Shown here in pieces: positions 1-12,802 of a stretch of 64,000 nt of DNA (the stretch's first letter is position 1; the number at the start of each line of letters is the position of its first letter). The notes beneath the pieces were generated by a model, which worked only from the letters and a program-made list of their open reading frames with translations, did not search any database and was not told where the DNA came from. The translations under genes and the position numbers were made by a program. Source of the stretch: Octopus vulgaris (lineage: Eukaryota); NCBI GenBank assembly GCA_951406725.2, contig OX597825.1:7068001-7132000 (forward strand). Direction: 5' to 3'.

Positions 1-1033
1 AGAGAAGCTGTGTCATTATTGTACAAGGAATCAATCAAAACCCCAAACCCAGAGAGTCCACAGGTACATAGGTAACCTCCTCTCTTTCATTTTTCTCACT
101 TATCAGGGAATGGTTCTTGACCAACCTTGCATTGCATCTGCATTTCATAACATCCTCATAGTTTGGGATTTAAAGAATCTTAGATCTCCTGTCCTAGTGG
201 CAGCTATTGTCATTCCCAAGTAATTCACTCACTGACTTCCCTGTGAGATAGGCTGTTTCACTATATTACGTTTCGTTTTTAATTCTGCTGGCTTTCACTT
301 ATTCTCCTGGCCCCGTAAATTGTGCGCTTGGTCCCAGTTCATGCCGTAAAGTAGTTGTTGGTAGGAAGTACAGAAAACTGTGAAAACTATGACAAAAATG
401 GATGCATCAAATGAAGATGAGTTGGATTCAGTAAGCCTCATCCCAGGTACACTATCATAGAGGGACAGTAAATCAAAAAAAAAAAAAGGGGGGGAAAGAA
501 AAAAAGAACTGATAGTGTGTAGTGGGAAATCTTTAGTCTTATTAGTGGAATGAACCCTGCCCTAAAGACAAAAGTATGACACAAACATCAAATCAAAACC
601 TGGAAAGGGTTAAGGACATTAAAGACATCTAAAGGAAAGAATCAGGCCCAAAATGGAAATAATGAATAAAAGAGATGTGAATAGTCTAAGCCACTGGAAC
701 ATAAACAAATGGTAAAGCAAGTCTTTAGGTTTGTCCCCAAATACCTCTTGATGCCCCCCATGCACACATACATGTGGTGCAAAGGGAACATGTTGATGAC
801 AAAAAGAGGAGGGGGCTTGTTAAAATGTTTCCTTCTGTGCAAATGACACAACCAGATAACTTATTGTAGAAGTCTAACGATGTACAAACATTCTGTGCAA
901 AAATCTGGTTGTTATTGCCCTCAAGATGAAGAGATCAAGTTTTACTGTCCTTTTTTGCTCAGACATGCATTTTATTTCTAGCAACCATAGCAAGGAATTG
1001 CTTTACAACATGGCTAAAAATAATTTCTTCCCT

Positions 1034-1220
1034 GCATGCATGCATACATACATACGTACATACATACATGCATACATACATATATATATACATATATATA
1101 TACATACATATATGTATATATGATACATATATATACACATAAATATATATATATACACACACATATATATACATACATATAATATATACATACATATACA
1201 TATATATAATATATACATAC

Positions 1221-1261
<41 letters not shown>

Positions 1262-1286
1262 ATACACACATACATACATACATACA

Positions 1287-1322
<36 letters not shown>

Positions 1323-1351
1323 TACACACATGCATATATATATATATATAT

Positions 1352-1398
<47 letters not shown>

Positions 1399-1440
1399 CA
1401 CACAAACATACATATACATACACAGACACACACATATATT
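1034..1440. repeat. Compound (TA)n/(CA)n/(TACA)n microsatellite
   Basis: Visible directly; explains the YIYI/CVCV-type ORFs in the track. Confidence 0.95.
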
Positions 1441-2704
1441 AATGAAGAGAAATTCAAAGTGGGTGGTTGAAATGTAAAAGAAATTAATTCAATGTTACAA
1501 GAAGAGAAGGTTTATTAAACTTATTGTTTTCTTATTACATGGCCAGATGTTTTAACTCTTGAGTGTGTGTCTGTGCATTTGTGTGTGTGTGTGTGTGCAT
1601 GGTTGCTGTTTGTGAGATTTACTTTGGTGTAGAATGAGAAAGTTGAAGAGTATTAATATCAGAACACGTGTCTAGGCCAGCATGTGTTTATATAACGAAA
1701 AGCATGTCTATAATTATCGTGTTGCAAAGGGGATCAGATAAATTTGTTTTACATGATATAACTTTGTACAAAAGGGGGAATATTTTCAAAATTGAGAATA
1801 AACACAGAGAGACAAGAACGAAGCATCTATTGCTCCAAGTTGTACAATTCTAAATTGAAATATGAACTACTCCACACAGCAGCAAATCATTTTTTTTTTT
1901 TGCTTTCTACGTTTTTGAAACCAACTCTGCCAGCACCATCAGCTCTTAGTTTACAGAATTACATTGAAAATCCAGAAACTCTTATATCTCAGCAAAACCT
2001 GATTATAGCCTAACAGAATGTTCTAGTTCTAACTGAGAAATGTACTGATGTTACAGCATTCAAAGAGGACTCTGCTTTCTATTAACCAAACTTTTTTTAA
2101 GACAGCATTTTGTTTATTGTATATATATGTATGCCTGTGTGTAAACACGTGTGTGTGTGTATTTTTGTGTGTTAGAGTAGTTGTAGATGATTGCTGAGAT
2201 GGTAAATAACAAGCAAAATAAATAAATAAATGTTGAAGCAAACAAGAAGTTGAGAATCAGAAGAAGACGTTTGCTATTTGATTGTGTAATTTAATATTTA
2301 ATGGTGAGTGTGAAAGCAAATATATCATTCAAAGATGCCAAATCTTCACATATTGAACTTGGGAATTCTTACTTTGTACTTTATTTATTTAGATTTCTCT
2401 TTGACGAGCTCCACAAAGAATGCTGGAGACTCTTGACTTCCAGTTCTAAAAGGGTTTTTGTAGAGAAAATAAATGCAGGTAGTCACACAATTGCATAAAG
2501 TTTACAGGAAATACTATGCAAGATTATAGAATAATAAATAAAAGCATATGTAGATATTCTTTCATTTATGTATGCCATTTTCCGATGGATGACTCACATA
2601 TTTATATATACTATACAAGGCTGTGTAAAACTGAGTATTACATAATACTGACATGTGGAATACAAATATAAAACTAACATTTAATGATTCATTTTGTAAT
2701 ACGC

Positions 2705-3043
2705 TTTTACTCTCTTTTACTTGTTTCAGACATTTGACTGTGGTCATGCTGGAGCACCGCCTTTAGTCGAGCAAATTGACCCTGGGACTTATTCTTTGTA
2801 AGCCCAGTACTTATTCTATCGGTCTCTTTTGCCGAACCGCTAGGTGACGGGGACGTAAACATACCAGCATCGGCTGTTAAGCAATGCTAGGGGGACAACC
2901 ACAGACACACAAACACACACATACATATATATATATACATATATACGACAGGCTTCTTTTCAGTTTCCGTCTACCAAATCCACTCACAAGGCATTGGTCG
3001 GCCCGGGGCTATAGCAGAAGACACTTGCCCAAGATGCCACGCA
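2705..3043 (-). mobile_element. tRNA-derived SINE, family A, head missing
   Basis: Reverse complement of the 7923-8357 copy, including the internal CA/TA microsatellite; stops before the tRNA-like head. Confidence 0.85.
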
Positions 3044-3493
3044 TCTTTCATAAAACAGTTTATCTATACAAGTGCTTGTATGTGTATGCACATATCTATA
3101 TATATATATATGTGTGTGTGTGTGTGGTTAGTCCACATTACTCTATAAAGAACATAGTGCTGGTTTCCCAGCTTCTTTGGCATATATATTCCTTCTTGGA
3201 CAAGGTGCCAGTCTGTTGCCAGATTACATGGTTATTTTTACCAGCTGAGTGCCACAATCTTTTGATCATGAGTCCAACACCCGAGCCACTAACCCTTGTG
3301 CCTCCACATGCATATATAATAACAATAACGATGATTATTACAAAGTGGCATAGTATTACCTTTAATTATTTTTATACATATATATATATATATAAGACTT
3401 GTTTTATTTATATTCCTGAGCGCCATACTAATACAATTGTTTGTTTGTATTCCACCTGCCTTCGTCTTTTGTGTATTTTCATAAAGCTTCCCG

Positions 3494-3531
<38 letters not shown>

Positions 3532-3761
3532 CTTTACTTAGACCTGTGCATGTTACAACTACACCGATTAGTAACCATTGCAGTTACATCCCTACTATAA
3601 TACCGATGCAGTTTCTTCAGGGTCTTTACTTAATATCCTTCAATTTGACTGTTTAAAGTTTTTTCATTTATCTACTCTGCATCGTGTGATGTAGAGTTGT
3701 CCGTTAAGTTAGACACTAACAATCTCTAATTCAAATTTTGATTGACATGCATGCATGCATG

Positions 3762-3801
<40 letters not shown>

Positions 3802-3841
3802 TATATGTGTATATACATATATATATATATATATGTGTGTG

Positions 3842-3882
<41 letters not shown>

Positions 3883-4505
3883 ATTAATAATTATTTTTAC
3901 TTTATGTTATTACCTTGATGCTTATTTATGAATGCACTATACCACTTGATATTGTTGTAAACAGTTATATATATATATATATATATATACATAAACAGTA
4001 ATATATATATATACATACTTATATATTCTTAAATTAAAAACTATTAATTAATTAAAATATTTCTTTAAAAACAGATTAATATAGAGCTTTTAGAAAGGGC
4101 AAATAACCTTAAAAACCTTTTATTTGCTGTTGTTGTTTTTAATAAATATAATTGAAATTAAGCAGTATGAAACATGGCCGTGCTACTCTAAATATTTGTT
4201 CAGTCGGAAAGTTTTGATTAGTATCTTAGTATCTACAACATGCAACATATTTCAGATGAAAACGGTTCACAACAGATCATTTCTAGATATGTTACTGATA
4301 GAACAACAAAAATTTGGAAAGAAAGGCAGGAAAAGAAAAAAAAAAATAGACAAGCAGAAATGTTAGCAGTCAGTTGAATCGATAATGATGAAAGTAAGTT
4401 ATTTGAGAAGTTTGAGTAAAAGAGTTGAGATTACCAGCAGCAAGTCCATGTAGGAAAGGGGTGTAATTTTATCACAAACTGCAGATAAATTAAAGAGTAG
4501 ATTGA

Positions 4506-4535
4506 ACTCACCTGCAAAAGAGAGAAAGATAAAAA
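4506..4535 (-). promoter_or_regulatory. Candidate recursive splice site (3' splice site fused to a 5' splice site)
   Basis: Minus strand reads tttttatctttctctcttttgCAG|GTGAGT: a 20-nt tract with 19 pyrimidines, CAG, then a consensus donor, in non-repetitive sequence. Confidence 0.55.
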
Positions 4536-4797
4536 TCATGATATAAGCAGTTTTTAAGCGAATCAAGTCTCATAAGAAAATCTATCACGTAATTGCATTG
4601 TTATAAGAATGCTTTTGTTACTATTATTATTATTATTATTATTATTTTTTTTTTTTTACTTTTAATCTGTAACTTTGTTATAGTCATTTGCCGAGACACA
4701 ACCAGCATCCTGGGGCAAGTAAAGGATAAGAGATGCTACAGTATGAATGAAAGCTTGGGGAGGGGAGGTAGTGAAATATCTTCATGTAATACAACAC

Positions 4798-4815
4798 TAT
4801 TATTATCATTATTAC

Positions 4816-4872
<57 letters not shown>
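4798..4872. repeat. (TTA)n microsatellite
   Basis: Visible directly. Confidence 0.95.
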
Positions 4873-5278
4873 GTTGTTGTTGTTGTCGTTATAGCTTCAA
4901 GCATTATTAGAAACAAATGCATGTTTATTTAAGAATGTAGAACAGACATTCTGAAGATAGTTCTTTAACTTATTCCAGTTATTCAGTTTATTCTGTGAAG
5001 ATAAATTAGCACTAAATATATTTGGAATTTTGTGATAGAGGTTTGAAAAAAAAAAAAAAAAGCTCTTTTGCTTGAATTCTATTGGCCAAAAACGATCTTG
5101 ACCAAATAGATTGAAGACAAGAATAAGCATTAATTTCTTTTCTACTAATTCCTTTGAGGTATTTGGGGAATTCTGCTTTCTATTCTTATTTCTTTTTGGT
5201 GCAACAACCAGTTGGCAAATACCAAATTAATCTCTGAACAGAACAAATTGAAACGAGAAAAAAAATTAAAAACAAACA

Positions 5279-5309
<31 letters not shown>

Positions 5310-5889
5310 TTCCCAAATATTTTCTCTCCAACTTCTTTAGCAACAGTTTTAAAATGACAAAAGCTTAAAACGATTCAGAGTTGGAATATTTCTAATTCAC
5401 GAAGGTAAAAAATAGAAAATAATTATTCTGTTTTCAGAAAGTAATTTGTTTTCTCCTTTTTATCAAGCTTAAAAATACATCCACCAGCAGAAGATGTGAG
5501 GAAGTTTTGCTCAGTTTCGCAAACTTTGTTTAAAAATTGTCAAGCAGTCTTCAACTGATTGAAAGAGGATTTGTAAAATTAAATTAAGTTGGCTAAAGAA
5601 ACTGCTGTTTAGTGACAATCTAAGACAAACCTTGTATCAATGCCAAAATGTAACATAAAAGTGGTTTGCTTTGTATTGATTTATTGGCCTTAAATATTGA
5701 TTTCTGTCAAACTACCAACATCAACTATAGGTTTTCTTCTGATGCAATCAGACTAAGTGGTATTAGTAATGAAGTTGGACCATTACTTTGACTGCATCAA
5801 AATTCTTCGGCAAAAACAATATCTATTGGTTTACAATCAACTGTTTTTATTTCACAATACTTATTAAATCAAAATTAAATTTACATATG

Positions 5890-6138
5890 TGCGCACACAC
5901 ACACACACACACGCACACACACTCACATGCACACACACACTCACATACACACTCATGCAAACACACACACACACACACACTCACATACACACACACATGC
6001 ACACTCACATACAAACACATACAAACACATACACACACACTCACATACACACACACACATGCACACTCACATACACACACACACATGCACACTCACATAC
6101 AAACACATACACACTCACACATACAAACACATACACAT
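5890..6138. repeat. CA-rich compound microsatellite with recurring CACTCACATA motif
   Basis: Visible directly. Confidence 0.9.
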
Positions 6139-6842
6139 CACATGATTTTATTTCTTTCAATTTTTGAAATTTTAAAAAATTATGTGATTGTAGAAAACCG
6201 TTATTGATATTCTTTCGTAAACCATATCTGACATTAAGTGCTCTACTTAGTGATTCTTCAAGAAAATATGGTAAATTATTCAAAAGCTTAACAAAATGCT
6301 GCTAAGTGAAAAATTGAAATTCTTAACTACCATTCAACCATTTCCTTTCACTGTTGTATCTAGAATTACAACAAAGGCTGAAGAATTTTATTCATAGCTT
6401 GTTTTATCCAAAGTCTTCTAGGAACATGGGAAGATGATACATAAACACACACACATGTGTGTGAGAGTTGATATATCTTTAAATATTCTTTCAAAATGTT
6501 ACAATAAATAACAGGTATAAATAGCCTAACACTCACTTTAGAAATTCTATATACATACAATGTTTAATTATTACATAGTCACAAAGTTTCACACACACGC
6601 CCCCACCTCATCACCACCTTTATATAAACACACATGTAGCATAAAAGCAAGTAAGCACATAGTTCACACTTGTATTCAACAGCTGTTTCATTAAGATAAA
6701 CACCAGGTATATAATTACATAATTGCGTTGCATAATAAATCTAAATTAAATTTAAGTTAATTTTGTATCTCAAATATGTAATTATACATTTGGTGAGTTT
6801 ATCATAACGAAAAGCTTTTGAACAGATTTAAATTATGAACTA

Positions 6843-7730
6843 GGTGGTTTGATCAATAAGTATCCAGACTGTTGTCATAGTAACGAAGCTAAAGCACGCA
6901 GAGTAAAGCTGCTTGGCACAGATTACCCTTAACCTCAGATGTGCCTGTGCACTAAGTTTCAACATTCTCGCTCTCTTCCATTGTTTACAGCAGTGCTTGG
7001 AACAAAGGTATGTAGCGAGTTATTTTTACATTGACCATGACAGAGTAAGTTGATCAGAGAATCTGCATCAAATTTTGCCAAAAGCTTAGCGATACCTGCT
7101 CAGAGGCCTAAGCAAAATTTCCAAAACGTTTTCATCATTCTTGACACAATCAAGGAGATTTTATGCAACTGAGACCCGAGTGCCATTTTGGTCAGCTGAA
7201 TGCAATATTTGGCACAAACTTGGCAGACACGTGTCTCTTACCCAAATCTTCAGTGATAATGGACTGAACTCAACCATAACTAATCTGCACATCCTCTAAT
7301 AACTCAATGATGGTGATTCGATGATTCCCCTTCACAGCTGCATGCATATCTGTGATGTTTTTCTCAGTTCTGCTGGTTTCAGGTCTCCCAGAACAGTTGC
7401 CAATATCAACATTCTTTCAGCCATCTTAGAAACATCTGAACCACTTGTATGCAGCTCATACACTCCTCTCCATACACTTTCTGCAACTTTGCGTAGGCCT
7501 CTGAGCAGGTATCGTGATAACAACTTTCTCTATCATGATCAATGCGACGATCACACGCTACACACCTTCCTTCGAAGTACTGCTGTAAATAGCGGAAGTG
7601 AGCTAGAAAGTTAAAACTTAGTACACATACACAACAGAGTTCAAGATCAATCTTTACCAAGTGACATTACTCTGCATGCTTTAGTTTCGTTACTATGGCA
7701 ACAGTCCGGATACTTATTGATCAGACCTCG
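6843..7730. mobile_element. Non-autonomous mariner derivative with two 5' ends
   Basis: About 65-bp terminal inverted repeats (..GATCAATAAGTATCC.GACTGTTG.CATAGTAACGAA.CTAAAGCA.GCAGAGTAA) flanked by TA. The transposase N-terminus appears on + (QRICIKFCQKLSDTCSEA, from 7037) and on - (DTCSEAYAKLQKVYGEECMS..SGRPETS..HVSAKFVP). Confidence 0.85.
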
Positions 7731-7922
7731 TATATGTGAAATCTGTGCTTTTCTGTTTAATGTGCTGCTCTTAAACATCCTTTTAGATGATCGTGTATAT
7801 ACATGCCAGTCACTCCCACGTGGATTCACTGCAAAGTAATAAATATTTAATGACCTGTTATCAACTGAGTTTTTAATTAGTTTGGATTTATTCTTTGATG
7901 TTTATGCATTAATTTATGGATA

Positions 7923-8092
7923 GGTGTAGGAGTGGCTGTGTGGTAAGTAGCTTGCTTACGAATCACATGGTTCCGGGTTCAGTCCCACTGCGTGCCACCT
8001 TGGGCAAGTGTCTTCTACTATAGCCTTGGCAGACCAAAGCCTTGTGAGTGGATTTGGTAGATGGAAACTGAAAGAAGCCTGTCGCATATAGG

Positions 8093-8139
<47 letters not shown>

Positions 8140-8357
8140 ATATGTTTGTGTGTCTGTGTTTGTCCCCACCAACATCGCTCGACAACTGATGCTGGTGTGT
8201 TTACGTCCCCGTAACCTAGCGGTTTGGCAAAAGAGACCGATAGAATAAGTACGAGGCTTATAAAGAATAAGTCCTGGGGGTGATTTGCTCGACTAAATGC
8301 GGTGCTCCAGCATGGCCACAGTCAAATGACTGAAACAAGTAAAAAGAGAGTAAAAAG
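7923..8357 (+). mobile_element. tRNA-derived SINE, family A, full length
   Basis: A-box-like TGGCTGTGTGG, B-box-like GGTTCAGTCCC, conserved body CTTGGGCAAGTGTCTT..GCCTTGTGAGTGGATTTGGTAGA, internal microsatellite and A-rich tail; about ten copies in the window. Confidence 0.9.
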
Positions 8358-9399
8358 TATAAACACACAAATCACACACACACACACACACGTGCAGGTA
8401 TACAGACACAAACATAGTTATATTATTTAATATAAAGGACGTGTACATTCCTGGCACACAAAATCTGATAGTTACACACTTCTGAAGTGCAGGATACAAA
8501 ATCTCAGATTTTTACTCAGCGTCCTTGTAGCAACCTGCATTGACATGATTGCAGTTCTTTTCTTCAACAATATATGAGATATGGTTTTATACCAGCATCA
8601 ACTGTGAGTTGGTAATTTACTGAAGCAAAATGCCTGAACAGATATGCGTTTATACTGTCAGTTCAGTTCATATTCCCTGCAGGAATCCAGTGGTCAGTAT
8701 TTGATTGTATAATTACGGTTCATCTTTCTATGGGAAATAGGAAATCATTTGGGAATGTAATCGTTAATAGACTGGTGTTCTGTCCAAGGAAAAGATTTAG
8801 CTCTCATCCACTTCCAGCATTAAATTTATCTCATATGGGATAAATGTGATATGTGATAAATGTGTGTGTGTGTGTGTGTGTGTGTTTGTTTGGCTGTGGG
8901 TGTGTATGTGTATTTGGGTCTATGTGTGTTTGTGTTCGTGTTTGTGTGTATGTATGTGGCTGCATACACAGACTGACTTGCATTATTGCTATAATTCTCA
9001 AAGTGTCGTTTAGGCGACCAGGTGTAAACACTATGTCAGTAAAACCTCACAAAGCCATAGCAATCACACAGCCATACAATCTCCAACGACCTCTAGTGGC
9101 AACCAAACACCTGTAACATTGACAAAACTGCAGCAAAAAGAAAAAAAACTAAACTACATCTTCAAAACACAACGCAACCCTGTCCAAATGTTTCCCACAA
9201 AACTCAGGTAAGAATGAATCTAGAGCTGTGCTTCTACTGCTGCTGCCATACATCCACAAGAACATTCAAGCTAAGGTCATTTGGCTCATAGACTCACAGT
9301 CAAATACTCTGCAATCATTGGAGCACACATTCGGTGTCTTCTCTCTCTCTCTCTCTCTCTCTTCTACTGTTGCAGTTCCTGTCCCTCTAAACTTGTGAA

Positions 9400-9557
9400 G
9401 TGGGTGTGTGGTAAGTAGTTTGCTTACCAACCACATGGTTCCAGGTTCAGTCTCACTGCATGGCACCTTAGGCAAGTGTCTTCTACTATAGCCTCGGAGT
9501 GAATTTGGTAGATGGAAACTGAAAGAAGCCCGTCGTATATATGTGTGTATATATATA

Positions 9558-9588
<31 letters not shown>

Positions 9589-9608
9589 GTACATATACAC
9601 ACATGTAC

Positions 9609-9641
<33 letters not shown>

Positions 9642-9858
9642 TACATGTGTGTATATGTTTGTGTGTCTGTGTTTGTCCCCCAACATCGCTTGACAAGTGA
9701 TGCTGGTGTGTTTACGTCCCCGTAACTTAGCGGTTCAGCAAAAGAGACCGATAGAATAAGTACTAGGCTTCCAAAGAATAAGTCCTGGGGTCGATTTGCT
9801 TGACTAAAGGCGGTGCTCCAGCATGGCCACAGTCAAGTAAAAGAATAAAAGAAAGAAT
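9400..9858 (+). mobile_element. SINE family A
   Basis: Colinear with 7923-8357; the internal microsatellite includes a (GAT)n run. Confidence 0.88.
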
Positions 9859-10947
9859 ATCTTCTCCCTCTACACTTGTCTGTTTAATACAACTTCCTCT
9901 CCTCGTTATATTTATCCACGTCAAACTTTTACCAAATTCTTCGCCAATCCTTCTTCTACTGAGCTACAGTTCACTGCTATTGCCTCCCTCTACTGTATCT
10001 TGTAAAATTCTGCAACCAAATGCCAACTAATTTGTTCCAGAGGGGAAACAGTTCATGCTCTTCACTTTTGATTAATTAATAAAACAAAGAATTATATCTA
10101 CTTGGTAATCAGTGCTGTACAACAGAGCAACGGTATGAAATATTTTGTGGAAGCGGTGCTATCTTTTGTTGCCTTCAGAAGCTTCATAAAGCGATTATTT
10201 TTCTATCTTCAGTGGTGATTTAGCAACCAGAATAGGTGAAACCGATTCCTTTGATGGACTAATTAAGAAATCTTATGTACTACATGATATATAATGTTAT
10301 GTTAATCTCCAGTGGACCTGATAATCATAGAACCAGATTCAGTTCTCTACTTGTGATAACCTTGCCACTGACATTAAACCGTGCTGCGGACCAGGCAGTG
10401 TATTCATTTCTAGTTCCTATAGATAACAGCAGTCAAGTACATTTCCTCATACTTCAAACATGAATACTAACTTCAAAATCTTAATGGATGTTCTCTTTGA
10501 TTCTGCAAATACCAGCATAGTCATAATCTAATTAGAACATGAATCATTTCAAAAGAAGAATATATATATATTATCATCAAAGACGGGGCAATATTCAATC
10601 AAACGAAAAGGAATTTGAATCTATCAGTATTATTTCAAAACATTTAAACATCAATTTGCATCTCACACTATACTTAGTACACACATTCAATCTACTTATT
10701 GCTAATTATAGTAATTATATTTGGTATATTATATAATCAAAGAGTTTATATATCATATTTTGTCAGTCTGGTTGGAATTCCTAAAGATGTTTCCACTTTA
10801 GTTAAGGTAAACTTGTACTGTTGCAGTTATTTAACCCCTGCTTAATAACTAAGGAGACATGGAGCCAAAGACGTCCAGTGGTCTTTTTATGTATTTCGGA
10901 CAACACACACTGACCAATGTATATAATGATATATATATACAAACAGA

Positions 10948-11260
10948 AGGCACATGGCTCAGTGGTTAGGGCATCGGGCTCACAATCATGAGGTAGTGAG
11001 TTCGATTCCAGGACCATGCTGTGTGGTGTGTTCTTGAGCAAGAAACTTTATTTCATGTTGCTTCAGTTCATTCATTTGTAGAAATGAATTGTGATGTCAC
11101 TGGAACCAAGTTGTAATGGCCTTCACCTTTCCTTTGGATAACACTGGTGGCTGGTTTTCATGGGTGACTGCTGGTCTTCCATAAAACAAACTTGTCCAAA
11201 CTTGTGCCTTGAAAGGGAACATTTTAGGTGTAATGCCATGGTCATTCTGACTGAGGGGGT
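10948..11260 (+). mobile_element. tRNA-derived SINE, family C (CORE-like body)
   Basis: Head TGGCTCAGTGGTTAG..GAGTTCGATTCC followed by TGTGTTCTTGAGCAAGA.ACTTTATTTC; shared with the 21921, 31145, 47215, 60627 and 63858 copies. Confidence 0.8.
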
Positions 11261-11896
11261 CATTTCCCTTTATACAAATATATGCAGTCATCTTTTATAT
11301 ATATATATATCTTTACATATATATATCTTTATATATACATATATCTTTACATATATATGTATCTTATATATACATATATATATATATATGTATGTATGTA
11401 TATATCTTTATATATATATATATTTATGCCTAAGCTGACAAATGTGCTCTTCATTTTTTCAAGATGTTGGGTGTGATTTGAGGGAGCTGTTGTTGCTATA
11501 TTTCCCTTAAATAACAGCAAGCGACCGTGCCGAGGTTTGGTCATTGTAGCATTCTAATAAGATAATGTTGATGCTGTTGATAGTAGTAGTAGTAGTAGTA
11601 GTAGCAGCAGCAGCAGTAGCTACCTTCTTTTAATTTCGACCTAATATAAATCATGGCACAGGAGGGGAATCTGAGGGGAAAATTTAAGAAATGCTTAGAC
11701 AAATGTTAGTTTGACCAAATGCCAGGAATATGAGCACGCAACATTTGGCAGAATATTGGCTTCAGAAAAATGTCTGCAAGAAGACAAGTAGCTACTCTAA
11801 TCACTTAAAGGGTTCCAGTTTATATTGTGTTGCTGCTTCTATTTCCTTTGTCATTATTTTATACAACAAAAAATGGCTCCTTTACAAGACCTAGAG

Positions 11897-12203
11897 CAGT
11901 GGTACCCAAACTTTTTCAGGCTGCCATCCCCTTGACACCCTGGCCATGCTCCTAGTGCCCCCACCCCAACTAACCCTCACAAACATAGACCCCTTTCTGA
12001 AGCAAATCCAAACCAATTGTATTTCACAATCTCAACCTAATGAACCCATTATTTTGATGTTTTTACATGAATTGCCACCCCATTTTCACCCCAATTTTTC
12101 CCCCCACTTGCTACCCCATCATCGCCCCATTTTTCTTCAGCACCCCCTCGGAATTTTCCACCCCCACCAGGGCGGTCAATACTGCCCACTTTGAGAACTT
12201 CTG
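11897..12203. mobile_element. hAT (Charlie-like) MITE
   Basis: Ends CAGTGGTACCCAAAC...TTTGAGAACTTCTG; flanks acctagag / atctagca resemble a decayed 8-bp nnCTAGnn target site. Confidence 0.6.
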
Positions 12204-12351
12204 ATCTAGCATATTACTACAGTAATGCTCGGTCCTATAAGCCAATAATACATGGTTTTGACAATCTCTGATGATCTTTCAAAGTAACTGAAAACATAGT
12301 GAAACTGATGTTGATAATAATAGTGGTGGCTGGAAGGCATGATGTGTACAT

Positions 12352-12802
12352 ATTCTTTTCCACTCTAAGTCACAAGGCCCGAGATTTTTGGGGAGATGGG
12401 AGCCAGTCAATTAAATCGACCCCAGTATGCAACTGGTACTTAATTTATGGATCTTGAAAGGATGAAAGACAAAGTCGACCATGGCAGAATTTGAACTCAG
12501 AATGTAAAGAGAGATGAAATACTGTTATGCATTTCACTTGGTATGCAAACGCTTTTGCTAGCTCGCCACCTTCTAATGCTTGTAATATTCTTTTCTACAC
12601 TAGGCACAAGGCCCAAAATGTTTGGGGAATAGGATCAGTCGATTAGATCGACTCCAGCATGTAACTGGTACTTAATTTATCAACCCCGAAAGGATGAAAT
12701 GCACAGCTGACCTCAGCAGAATTTGAACTCAGAACATAAAGACAGACGAAATACTGCTAAGCATTACACCCGGTGTGCTAACATTTCTGCCAGCTTGTCA
12801 CC
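12352..12802 (-). mobile_element. SINE family B, two head-to-tail full copies
   Basis: Each copy has its own head (GGCGAGCTGGCAGAA..TTAGCA type), a GAGTTCAAATTC B box and a body of the CTTTCATCCTTTC..GTACCAG type (resembles the MetaSINE domain, from memory). Confidence 0.85.

Noticed and set aside
926-1457. Long YI/CV/HT-rich ORFs here and at 5.8, 16.7, 18.6, 43, 46, 52.5 and 59 kb
   Set aside because: Translations of stop-free dinucleotide microsatellites.
2632-2652. TGAGTATTACAT..TACTGA resembling mature miR-12
   Set aside because: The middle differs and there is no star arm; it is only a short local palindrome.
2884-3600. Longest ORF in the track (238 aa)
   Set aside because: Runs through SINE A, microsatellites and a SINE C head fragment; no domain or coding-like composition.
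7923-7995. SINE heads as functional tRNA genes
   Set aside because: They have A/B boxes but no complete cloverleaf, and they continue into repeat bodies.
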